Under the pieces are notes generated by a model. The model saw only the letters and a program-made list of their open reading frames with translations, was not told the origin of the DNA and made no database searches. From the NCBI RefSeq assembly GCF_042660085.1, contig NZ_JBHSTI010000008.1:2205604-2237603 (forward strand): a stretch of DNA of 32,000 nucleotides, written 5' to 3'. The DNA comes from Longivirga aurantiaca. Its GTDB lineage: Bacteria; Actinomycetota; Actinomycetes; S36-B12; CAIYMF01. This document shows, piece after piece, positions 1-7,681 of the stretch; position 1 is the first letter of the stretch; each line of letters begins with the position of its first letter. The translations under genes and the position numbers were made by a program.

Positions 1-142
1 GCACCTCGGCGCGGTCGGCGCCGTACCGGCCCGAGAGCAGGAACGGATGGTCGTGGCTGAGGTGCTCCAGCGCGACGCGGATCTCGGGCTCGGCGACGGG
101 GTCGCCGGCGACGGTGAGCGTGACGTGCCAGAACGGGAACAC
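1..142 (-). CDS. Partial CDS of unknown function, truncated at the window edge (N-terminus ...VFPFWHVTLTVAGDPVAEPEIRVALEHLSHDHPFLLSGRYGADRAEV...)
   Basis: Open minus-strand frame running off position 1. Protein-like composition, with AGGAG/GAGGAGG just upstream of candidate GTG starts at 142 or 154. Located directly downstream of proB. Confidence 0.5.
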   Translation of the reverse strand, partial: MFPFWHVTLTVAGDPVAEPEIRVALEHLSHDHPFLLSGRYGADRAEV

Positions 143-170
143 GGCTCCTGGCACCTCCTCGCGACCGCGC

Positions 171-1289
171 CTACGGGCGTAGGACGACCAGGTCGTCGCG
201 GTGGACGACCTCCCGCTCGTACGCCGGCCCCAGCTCCCGGGCCAGGTCGCGGGTGGAACGCCCGAGCAGGCCTGGAAGCTCTGTCGAGTCAAAGTTGACC
301 AGCCCGCGGGCCACGGTGTTGCCGTTTTCGTCGAGCAGGTCCACCGGATCACCCGCGACGAACACGCCGGTGACCGACGTGATGCCGGCAGGCAGCAGCG
401 AGAGCCGCCGGCGTACGACGGCGTCGACGGCCCCGGGGTCGAGCGTGAGCCCGCCGCGTCCCGCCGTTGCGTGGCGCAGCCAGAGCAGCCGGGTGCCGCT
501 GCGCTCCCCGGTCGCGTGGAAGAGCGTGCCGACCGCGGCGCCCGAGAGCGCGGACGCCGCATTGTCCGCGCTCGTCAGCACCACCGGGATCCCGGCGGAG
601 GTCGCGATGCGCGCGGCCTCGACCTTGGTGACCATGCCGCCGAGGCCCACTCCTGATCCGGTGCCGCCGACCTCGACCCCGGCGAGGTCGGACTCCCCGC
701 GCACGTCGGTGATGAGCGAGGACCCGTCGCGGCTCGGCGGGCCGTCGTACAGCCCGTCGACGTCCGACAGCAGCACGAGGAGGTCGGCCTGCACGAGGTG
801 GGCGACGAGGGCCGCGAGCCTGTCGTTGTCGCCGAAGCGGATCTCGTCCGTTGCGACGGTGTCGTTCTCGTTGACGATCGGGACGACGCCGAGCTCAAGC
901 AGCCGGTAGAGGGTGCGCTGCGCGTTGCGGTAGTGGCTGCGGCGGATCACGTCCTCGGCGGTGAGCAGCACCTGGCCGACCGTGCGGCCGTGGCGGGCGA
1001 ACGCGCCGGTGTAGTGGGCGAGCAGGATCCCCTGACCCACGCTCGCTGCCGCCTGCTGGGTGGCGAGGTCGCGCGGACGGCGGCTGATCTTCAGCGTAGG
1101 AAGGCCGGTCGCGATCGCGCCGGAGCTGACCAGCACCAGCTCGACGCCGGCGCCGAGCCGGTCGCCGAGAGCGTCGACCAATGCGTCCACGCGCACGGCG
1201 TCGAGCCCGCCGCCGCGGTTGGTCAGGGACGACGACCCGACCTTCACCACGACGCGCGAGGCCCTGGTGACGACCTGCCGCTTGCCCAC
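171..1289 (-). CDS. proB: Glutamate 5-kinase (with C-terminal PUA-like domain)
   Basis: 372 aa ORF: VVKVGSSSLT..., VLVSSGAIATG, VPIVNENDTVATDEIRFGDNDRLAALVA, AGTGGMVTKVEAA-like region (GGMVTKVEAARIATSAGIP). Lies next to obgE. Confidence 0.96.
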   Translation of the reverse strand: MGKRQVVTRASRVVVKVGSSSLTNRGGGLDAVRVDALVDALGDRLGAGVELVLVSSGAIATGLPTLKISRRPRDLATQQAAASVGQGILLAHYTGAFARHGRTVGQVLLTAEDVIRRSHYRNAQRTLYRLLELGVVPIVNENDTVATDEIRFGDNDRLAALVAHLVQADLLVLLSDVDGLYDGPPSRDGSSLITDVRGESDLAGVEVGGTGSGVGLGGMVTKVEAARIATSAGIPVVLTSADNAASALSGAAVGTLFHATGERSGTRLLWLRHATAGRGGLTLDPGAVDAVVRRRLSLLPAGITSVTGVFVAGDPVDLLDENGNTVARGLVNFDSTELPGLLGRSTRDLARELGPAYEREVVHRDDLVVLRP

Positions 1290-1344
1290 GAGCGCACATC
1301 CTGCCAGGGCGGTCGACGTCGGCCCCGGGTGGTATCAACGGCGC

Positions 1345-1641
1345 ATGAGCATCGAGGCGGCCTTCGCCGCGCCGCTGTGGCGCTGGAGCGGCGAGAGCGC
1401 GTGGCACTTCCTCACCGTGCCCGAGGCCGTGAGCGACGACATCCGCTCGTGCGTCGAGCCCGGCCCCGGCTTCGGCTCGGTGCGCGTGACTGTCACCGTC
1501 GGCGCGAGCACCTGGGAGACCTCGGTGTTCCCGGACGCGAAGTCGGGCCGCTACCTGCTGCCCGTGAAGGCCGGCGTACGCCGGAAGGAGCGGATCGAGG
1601 ACGGCGACGAGGTCGACGTGCACCTCGTGGTGCACGTCTGA
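1345..1641 (+). CDS. DUF1905 domain-containing protein, 98 aa
   Basis: MSIEAAFAAPLWRWSGESAWHFLTVPEAVSDDI...FGSVRVTVTVGASTWETSVFPDAKSGRYLLPVKAGVRRKERIEDGDEVDVHLVV. The ORF track start at 1060 overlaps proB; the ATG at 1345 is the more sensible start. Confidence 0.85.
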   Translation: MSIEAAFAAPLWRWSGESAWHFLTVPEAVSDDIRSCVEPGPGFGSVRVTVTVGASTWETSVFPDAKSGRYLLPVKAGVRRKERIEDGDEVDVHLVVHV

Positions 1642-1661
1642 CCCCGCTCGGCGCGTGAATC

Positions 1662-1723
1662 TGCCCCCGGTTTGGTCGTGACTTCACGACCAAACCGCTG
1701 CAGAAGCAGCCAATCCGGGGGCA
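1662..1723. repeat. Nested palindromic element / probable bidirectional terminator between convergent genes
   Basis: Outer arms TGCCCCCGG (1662-1670) / CCGGGGGCA (1715-1723). Inner 13-bp perfect hairpin CGGTTTGGTCGTG (1668-1680) - ACTT - CACGACCAAACCG (1685-1697). Second hairpin GCTGC-AGAA-GCAGC (1697-1710). Confidence 0.75.
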
Positions 1724-1754
1724 AATCGCCGTGACTGCGCGGGAGGGTGCAGGG

Positions 1755-3131
1755 TCAGTGGCCGAGCAGGCGGTCGTCGCTGCCGCGGGGGCCGCCGAGC
1801 GGCGTGCCGGCGGCGATGGTCGGCTCGAAGTCGAAGACCACGGCGTTGTCCTCCGGGCCGATGACGACCGTGGCACCGGGAACCGCGCCGAGCTCGAGGA
1901 GCTTGTCCTCGACGCCGAGGCGCGCGAGGCGGTCGGCGAGATAGCCCACGGCCTCGTCGTTGGAGAAGTCCGTCTGGCGCACCCATCGCTGCGGGCGCTC
2001 GCCGCGCACGAGGTAGCGGACGCCCTCGGCGTCCTCCTCGCGCGTGACGGTGAAGCCGGTGTCGTCGACGGCCTTCGGCGTGAGCACGACGCGGGGCGCC
2101 ACCTCGACGATCACGCTATCGCGGCGCTCCTTCACGAGCTTCGCCATGGCGAAGCCGAGCTCGCGCAGGCCATCGTGAGCGACGGCGCTGACCTCGACCA
2201 CGGTGAGGCCGCGCGCCTCCAGCTCGGGCTTCACGAGGTCGGCGAGCTCGCGCGCCTCGGGCACGTCCACCTTGTTGAGGACGACGAGGCGCGGCCGGTC
2301 GGCGAGGTCGCCCTCGGTGCCGCCGTACGCCGCGAGCTCGGCCTCGATCACGTCGAGGTCGGTCAGCGGGTCACGGCCCGGGTCGAGCGTCGCGCAGTCG
2401 AGCACGTGCACGAGCACGTGGCAGCGCTCGACGTGGCGCAGGAACTCCAGGCCGAGGCCCTTGCCCTCGCTCGCGCCCGGGATGAGGCCGGGGACGTCGG
2501 CGACGGTGAAGACGGTGTCGCCCGCGGTGACGACGCCGAGGTTGGGCACCAGCGTCGTGAACGGGTAGTCGGCGATCTTCGGACGGGCCGCGGACATCGC
2601 GGCGATGAGCGAGGACTTGCCGGCGCTCGGGAAGCCGACGAGCGCGACGTCGGCGACGGACTTCAGCTCGAACACGACGTCGAGCGCCTCGCCCGGCTCA
2701 CCGAGCAGCGCGAAGCCCGGGGCCTTGCGGCGCGTGCTCGCGAGCGCCGCGTTGCCGAGGCCGCCGTGGCCGCCCCGGGCGATCACGGCCTCCATGCCGC
2801 CGGCCACGAGGTCGGCCAGGACGTTGCCGCGGTTGTCGAGCACGACCGTGCCCGGCGGGACGCGCAGGACGATGTCGGCACCCTGGCCGCCGTTGCGGTG
2901 GCCGCCCTCGCCCGGGCGGCCGTTGCCGGCGCGGCGGTGCGGGCCGTGGTGGAACTCAAGCAGCGAGGTGACGTTGGGGTCGACCACCAGGCGCACGTCG
3001 CCGCCGTGGCCGCCGTTGCCGCCGTCCGGGCCGCCGAGGGGCTTGAACTTCTCGCGGTAGACCGAGGCGCAGCCGTGGCCGCCGTCCCCGCCCGCGACGT
3101 GCAGGACGACGCGGTCGACGAAGGTGGTCAT
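1755..3131 (-). CDS. obgE: GTPase Obg/CgtA
   Basis: 458 aa: [43 protein letters not shown] glycine-rich Obg domain, [14 protein letters not shown]-loop, [20 protein letters not shown]. Confidence 0.98.
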   Translation of the reverse strand: MTTFVDRVVLHVAGGDGGHGCASVYREKFKPLGGPDGGNGGHGGDVRLVVDPNVTSLLEFHHGPHRRAGNGRPGEGGHRNGGQGADIVLRVPPGTVVLDNRGNVLADLVAGGMEAVIARGGHGGLGNAALASTRRKAPGFALLGEPGEALDVVFELKSVADVALVGFPSAGKSSLIAAMSAARPKIADYPFTTLVPNLGVVTAGDTVFTVADVPGLIPGASEGKGLGLEFLRHVERCHVLVHVLDCATLDPGRDPLTDLDVIEAELAAYGGTEGDLADRPRLVVLNKVDVPEARELADLVKPELEARGLTVVEVSAVAHDGLRELGFAMAKLVKERRDSVIVEVAPRVVLTPKAVDDTGFTVTREEDAEGVRYLVRGERPQRWVRQTDFSNDEAVGYLADRLARLGVEDKLLELGAVPGATVVIGPEDNAVVFDFEPTIAAGTPLGGPRGSDDRLLGH

Positions 3132-3206
3132 GTGTCTGCTCTCGGTTCTGCTGCGGTGCGGCGATCGGTGCGGGTGGCTCAGGGGGTGGTGCGCAGGGCG
3201 GGCATG

Positions 3207-3242
3207 CGTGAGGGGGCGAGCCGAACGGCTCGCCCCCTCACG
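3207..3242 (-). terminator. Strong hairpin downstream of rpmA
   Basis: CGTGAGGGGGCGAGCC - GAAC - GGCTCGCCCCCTCACG, 16-bp perfect stem with 4-nt loop, just past the rpmA stop. No clear U-tract. Confidence 0.75.
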
Positions 3243-3267
3243 ACAGGGTCATGCGTGGGTCGTGCGG

Positions 3268-3519
3268 TCACTCACCGACGACGTTGACGACGCGGCGACC
3301 GCGACGGGTGCCGAACTCGACCGCGCCGGCGGCGAGGGCGAACAGCGTGTCGTCCTTGCCGCGGCCGACGTTCTCACCCGGGTGGAAGTGGGTGCCGCGC
3401 TGGCGGACGATGATCTCGCCGGCGTTGACCTGCTGACCACCGAAGCGCTTCACGCCGAGGCGCTGGGCGTTGGAGTCGCGGCCGTTCCTGGTGCTGGAAG
3501 CACCCTTCTTGTGAGCCAT
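3268..3519 (-). CDS. rpmA: 50S ribosomal protein L27
   Basis: [62 protein letters not shown]... Confidence 0.99.
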   Translation of the reverse strand: MAHKKGASSTRNGRDSNAQRLGVKRFGGQQVNAGEIIVRQRGTHFHPGENVGRGKDDTLFALAAGAVEFGTRRGRRVVNVVGE

Positions 3520-3549
3520 GTGTCGTCAGTCCTCGGTCGTCTCAGGCGC

Positions 3550-3861
3550 TCAGGAGGTCTCGATGCCGGTCACGCGCACCTTGGTGAGCTTCGCGCGGAA
3601 GCCCTGGCGGCGCTTGTAGCCGGTCTTGTTCTTGTACTTCTGGATACGGATCTTCGGGCCCTTGGTGTGCTCGACGACCTCGGCGGTGACGGTGACGCCT
3701 GCGAGCGCCTTCGCGTCGCTGGTGACGGTCTCACCGTCCACGAGAAGCAGCGCGGGCAGGGTCATGGTCGACCCGGCGTCGTTGCCCTGACGGTCCAGCT
3801 CGATGACGTCGCCGACAGCGACCTTCTCCTGCCGGCCGCCGGCCTTGACGATGGCGTACAC
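3550..3861 (-). CDS. rplU: 50S ribosomal protein L21
   Basis: [24 protein letters not shown]...[30 protein letters not shown]. Confidence 0.98.
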   Translation of the reverse strand: MYAIVKAGGRQEKVAVGDVIELDRQGNDAGSTMTLPALLLVDGETVTSDAKALAGVTVTAEVVEHTKGPKIRIQKYKNKTGYKRRQGFRAKLTKVRVTGIETS

Positions 3862-3978
3862 CGCGGATCTCCATTCACAAACGTTCTCGGGACGACGCCC
3901 ACGGCAGCGACCTCGGAAGGAGGTTGAACCGAATCCAGAGGCCTGGAGGCGTCACGGGTGCCTGGGCACCGAGGGTCA

Positions 3979-4008
3979 AGGGTACGAACCGGGCCGTGTG
4001 CGGGTCAA
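3979..4008 (-). promoter_or_regulatory. Candidate promoter for rplU-rpmA
   Basis: Minus strand TTGACC (4008-4003), 18-nt spacer, TACCCT (3984-3979), about 120 nt upstream of the rplU start. By inspection only. Confidence 0.4.
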
Positions 4009-4056
4009 ACCGGCCCCCCGGCCGACCCGCCCACGGCTCGCTCCGCGTGAGCAGGC

Positions 4057-6765
4057 TCACCCGGCCGAGGCCGGGCCTGCCTTGCGGGTGGCCTTGCGCG
4101 GACCCCGCTTGCGCGGGGCGGGCTTGCTCTCCGGCGCCTCGGAGGCCGCGGGGGCCTCCTGGGACGCACGGGGGGTCTCCGGGGCCGTGGCGGTGCCCTC
4201 ACGGGGCTCCTCGGGCTGCTCGGCGTGGTGGGCCTGGTCCTCGGCGACCGCGGCGGAGGCCTCGGCAGCCGCGGCGGCGGCGGCGTCGGCGGCCCGCTTG
4301 GCGGCCGCGGCGTGGACCTTCTCCATCGCCTCGGTCACCTTCGGGTCGATCGCGCGCGGCTCGACCTCGGGAGCGGCTGCGGCGGACTTGCGGCCCTTGC
4401 GGCCGCCGCCCTCGGGCTCCGCGCCCTTGCGCTTGCGGCTGCGGCCGCCCGCGCCGCCGGCGTCGGGCTCGCCCTCACCGGCGGTCGCCTTGGCGGCGAC
4501 CGGCTCGCTGTGGACGTGGTAGCCGCGTCCCTGGCAGGCCTCGCAGGTCTCGCTGAAGACCTCGAGCAGGCCCTGGCCGATGCGCTTGCGCGTCATCTGC
4601 ACGAGCCCGAGCGAGGTGACCTCGGCGACCTGGTGCTTGGTGCGGTCGCGGCCGAGGCACTCGACCAGGCGGCGCAGGACGAGGTCGCGGTTGCTCTCGA
4701 GCACCATGTCGATGAAGTCGACGACGATGATGCCGCCGATGTCGCGCAGCCGGAGCTGGCGGACGATCTCCTCCGCGGCCTCGAGGTTGTTGCGGGTGAC
4801 CGTCTCCTCGAGGTTGCCGCCCTGACCGGTGAACTTGCCGGTGTTGACGTCGACGACGGTCATCGCCTCGGTGCGATCGATCACGAGCGAGCCGCCCGAG
4901 GGCAGCCACACCTTGCGGTCGAGCGCCTTGGCGAGCTGCTCGTCGATGCGCATCTCGCGGAACAGGTCGCCGGGGCCGACCCACGGCCGGACGCGCTCGG
5001 CGAGGTCGGGTGCCACGCCGGCGACGTACTCCGTCAGCGTCTCGGCGATCTCCGAGCCCTCGACGAGGAGCTGGGTGAAGTCCTCGTTGAAGATGTCGCG
5101 GACGACCTTGATCGCGAGGTCGGGCTCGCCGTGCAGGAGCGCGGGGCCGCCGTTGGCGGCCGAGATCTTCTCCTGGATCTGGGTCCACTGGTCGGCGAGG
5201 CGCTCGACGTCGCGACGCAGCTCCTCCTCCGCAGCGCCCTCGGCCGCCGTGCGCACGATGACGCCGGCGTCCTCGGGCACGACCTGGCGCAGGATCGCCT
5301 TGAGGCGGGAGCGCTCGGCGTCCGGCAGCTTGCGGCTGATGCCCGTCATCTGGCCCTCGGGCACGTAGACGACGAAGCGGCCGGGCAGCGAGATCTGCGC
5401 CGTGAGGCGCGCGCCCTTGTGGCCGAGCGGGTCCTTGCTGACCTGCACGAGCACGGGGTCACCGGGCTTGAGCGCGGCCTCGATGCGCTTGGGCTGGCCC
5501 TCGAGGCCGGCGGCGTCCCAGTTGACCTCGCCGGCGTAGAGGACGGCGTTGCGGCCGCGACCGATGTCGACGAATGCGGCCTCCATGCTCGGCAGCACGT
5601 TCTGGACCTTGCCCAGGTAGACGTTGCCGATCATCGAGGCGCCGTTGTTGCGGTTGACGTAGTGCTCGACGAGCACGCCGTCCTCGAGCACGGCGATCTG
5701 GGTGCGGTCGTCGCGCTGGCGCACGACCATCACGCGCTCGACGGCCTCGCGGCGGGCGAGGAACTCGGCCTCGGTGAGGATCGACGGACGGCGACGTCCG
5801 GCCTCGCGGCCCTCGCGACGGCGCTGCTTCTTGGCCTCGAGGCGGGTCGAGCCCTTGACGGAGGTGACCTCGGACGACGCGGAGCGCTGACGCGGCTCAC
5901 GCACGCGCACTACGGTGTTCGGCGGGTCGTCCTGATCGGCACCGTCGCCCGAGGCGCCCCGGCGACGACGGCGGCGACGACGGCTGCTGCCCTCGGAACG
6001 GTCGCCGTCCTCGGAGTCGTCGGACTCCTCGGCGGTCTCTGCGGCCTCGGTCGGCTCGACGTCGTCGTTGTCGGACTCGTCCGAGCCGTCGGCGTCCTCG
6101 CCGGTCCGGCGACGACGGCCGCGGCCGCCCCGACGGCGACGGCGACGGGCGGCGGTGCTGCCGCCCTCGTCCTCCGCGTCGATGGCCTCGGCGTCGACCT
6201 CGACCTCGGTCTCGGCGTCCGCGTCGGCCTCGAGCTCCTCGTCCTCGACGACGGGCTCCTCCACCACGGGGGCGGCGGCCTTCTTGGCGGGGCGCTTGCG
6301 GGCGGGCGGGGCGTCGGCGCTCGGCGCCTGGAACATGAGCATGCCTGCGGCCGGAGCGGCGGACGGCTCGGGGGCGACGGTGCCGTCGACGACGGCGGAG
6401 AACGCCGGCACCTCGATGGCCTTGCGGCTACGGGTGCGCTTGGCGGGCTTGTCGGTGGGTGCAGCGTCCGTGGGCGCAGCGTCGGCCGGGGCCTCGGCGG
6501 GCTCGGGCTCGGCGCTCGGCGCGGACTTCTTGGCCGCGGTCTTCTTGGCCGCCGGCTTCTTGGCAGGCGCCTTCTTGGCGGCCGACTTCTTGGCGGGTGC
6601 CGCGGCGGCGGGCGCCTCGTCCGCGGCGGGTGCCTCGGGCGTGCTCTCGCCCGCAGGGGCGACGACGGGCGGGCCGGCCGGTCGCCCGGCCGCGCGGCGG
6701 CGGGGGCGGCGTGCGGCGGGGCCGTCGGTCGCGTCGGTGGTGGTGGTGGGGGTCTCGTCGCTCAC
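4057..6765 (-). CDS. rne: Ribonuclease E/G family protein with long low-complexity flanks
   Basis: 902 aa: S1-like region IGNVYLGKVQNVLPSMEAAFVDIGRGRNAVLY, catalytic-type IGGIIVVDFIDMVLESNRDLVL, GLVQMTRKRIGQGL, TCEACQG. N-terminal K/A/P-rich and R/G-rich tracts and an Ala/Glu-rich C-terminus. Confidence 0.95.
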   Translation of the reverse strand: MSDETPTTTTDATDGPAARRPRRRAAGRPAGPPVVAPAGESTPEAPAADEAPAAAAPAKKSAAKKAPAKKPAAKKTAAKKSAPSAEPEPAEAPADAAPTDAAPTDKPAKRTRSRKAIEVPAFSAVVDGTVAPEPSAAPAAGMLMFQAPSADAPPARKRPAKKAAAPVVEEPVVEDEELEADADAETEVEVDAEAIDAEDEGGSTAARRRRRRGGRGRRRRTGEDADGSDESDNDDVEPTEAAETAEESDDSEDGDRSEGSSRRRRRRRRGASGDGADQDDPPNTVVRVREPRQRSASSEVTSVKGSTRLEAKKQRRREGREAGRRRPSILTEAEFLARREAVERVMVVRQRDDRTQIAVLEDGVLVEHYVNRNNGASMIGNVYLGKVQNVLPSMEAAFVDIGRGRNAVLYAGEVNWDAAGLEGQPKRIEAALKPGDPVLVQVSKDPLGHKGARLTAQISLPGRFVVYVPEGQMTGISRKLPDAERSRLKAILRQVVPEDAGVIVRTAAEGAAEEELRRDVERLADQWTQIQEKISAANGGPALLHGEPDLAIKVVRDIFNEDFTQLLVEGSEIAETLTEYVAGVAPDLAERVRPWVGPGDLFREMRIDEQLAKALDRKVWLPSGGSLVIDRTEAMTVVDVNTGKFTGQGGNLEETVTRNNLEAAEEIVRQLRLRDIGGIIVVDFIDMVLESNRDLVLRRLVECLGRDRTKHQVAEVTSLGLVQMTRKRIGQGLLEVFSETCEACQGRGYHVHSEPVAAKATAGEGEPDAGGAGGRSRKRKGAEPEGGGRKGRKSAAAAPEVEPRAIDPKVTEAMEKVHAAAAKRAADAAAAAAAEASAAVAEDQAHHAEQPEEPREGTATAPETPRASQEAPAASEAPESKPAPRKRGPRKATRKAGPASAG

Positions 6766-6782
6766 GCGAACTACTCCTGTCC

Positions 6783-6815
6783 GACCTCCGGGTTCCGGGG
6801 AACCGCGCGGAGGTC
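6783..6815 (-). promoter_or_regulatory. Hairpin in the rne 5' region
   Basis: GACCTCCG-GGTTCC-GG-GGAACC-GCG-CGGAGGTC: 8-bp outer and 6-bp inner stems, ending 18 nt upstream of the rne start codon. Confidence 0.45.
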
Positions 6816-6904
6816 ACGTCGCCCGGCACCGAGGCACCGGACGAAAGCCAGTGGGATGCATCGGTACGCGCCCGGAGAGGCGTGGACCGGTGCCGACGCC
6901 GGCC

Positions 6905-7681
6905 TCAGGCGCGGTCAGCCGCGAGCGGATCGGACACCGTGAGGATCACGGGTCCGGTGCTCGCGTCCGCAGCGAGCGGCCCCTGCGCCAGCCGGGTCAC
7001 CCGAGGGGGGACCGGCGGCACCAGGTCGGCCACAAGCCGCAGAGCGGCGAGGACGTCGTCGGGTCGCACGGACGGGGTTACGTGCCTTACGACCAGGGCG
7101 AGTATCGCACAGGGCTCGCCCGAGTCTCCCCCGGCAGCCTCCGGCTGCGCGTGGCGCGCCTCGAGCCGGACCACCGGGCCGCGCGCGTCGAACGTCCGCA
7201 TGCCGGACTTCGTGAGGCGCTGGACCTCGACCACGTCCGCCGCGAGGAACGCCGCGGCGGCTGCCTCGACCTGCTCGATCGGCAGGCCGGGGAGCTCGAG
7301 GGTCCACACGCTCGCCTGGAGGCGGTCGGCCAGGTCGGGCGTGCGCACCTGCACCACCTCGAGCACGTCGATGCCCGGCGGCAGGGCCTCGTCGAGCGCC
7401 TCGCGCACCTTGTCGGGGTCGAGCACGGCGGTCACCGCGATCTCGACGTACTCGGCCTCGCTGGCCGTGCCCGTGGGCGCGGCGTTCGCGTAGGAGATGC
7501 GCGGGTGCGGGTTGAAGCCCTGGCTGTAGGCCATGGGGACGCCCGTGCGGCGCAGCGCGCGCTCGAAGGCGCGCTGGAAGTCGCGGGTGCTCGTGAACCG
7601 GAGCCGGCCGCGCTTGGCGTAGCGCAGCCGCAGCCGCTGGACGGTCGGCGCGACGTCGCGGACCGGTGCCTGGCGTGCCAT
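6905..7681 (-). CDS. TIGR03936-type radical SAM-associated protein (DUF2344)
   Basis: 258 aa: VQRLRLRYAKRGRLRFTSTRDFQRAFERALRRTGVPMAYSQGFNPHPRISYANAAPTGTASEAEYVEI. The ATG immediately abuts the stop codon of the radical SAM gene. Confidence 0.9.
   Translation of the reverse strand: MARQAPVRDVAPTVQRLRLRYAKRGRLRFTSTRDFQRAFERALRRTGVPMAYSQGFNPHPRISYANAAPTGTASEAEYVEIAVTAVLDPDKVREALDEALPPGIDVLEVVQVRTPDLADRLQASVWTLELPGLPIEQVEAAAAAFLAADVVEVQRLTKSGMRTFDARGPVVRLEARHAQPEAAGGDSGEPCAILALVVRHVTPSVRPDDVLAALRLVADLVPPVPPRVTRLAQGPLAADASTGPVILTVSDPLAADRA

Noticed and set aside
4100-4556. Repetitive Ala/Arg tracts at the 3' end of rne, considered as a repeat array
   Set aside because: They are codon-level low complexity within the coding sequence (poly-Ala/Glu), not a DNA repeat array with conserved spacers.
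6540-6600. GCC/TTCTTGG periodic repeats, considered as a CRISPR-like or minisatellite array
   Set aside because: They encode the degenerate KK-x-AAKK protein repeat in frame, with no unique spacers.
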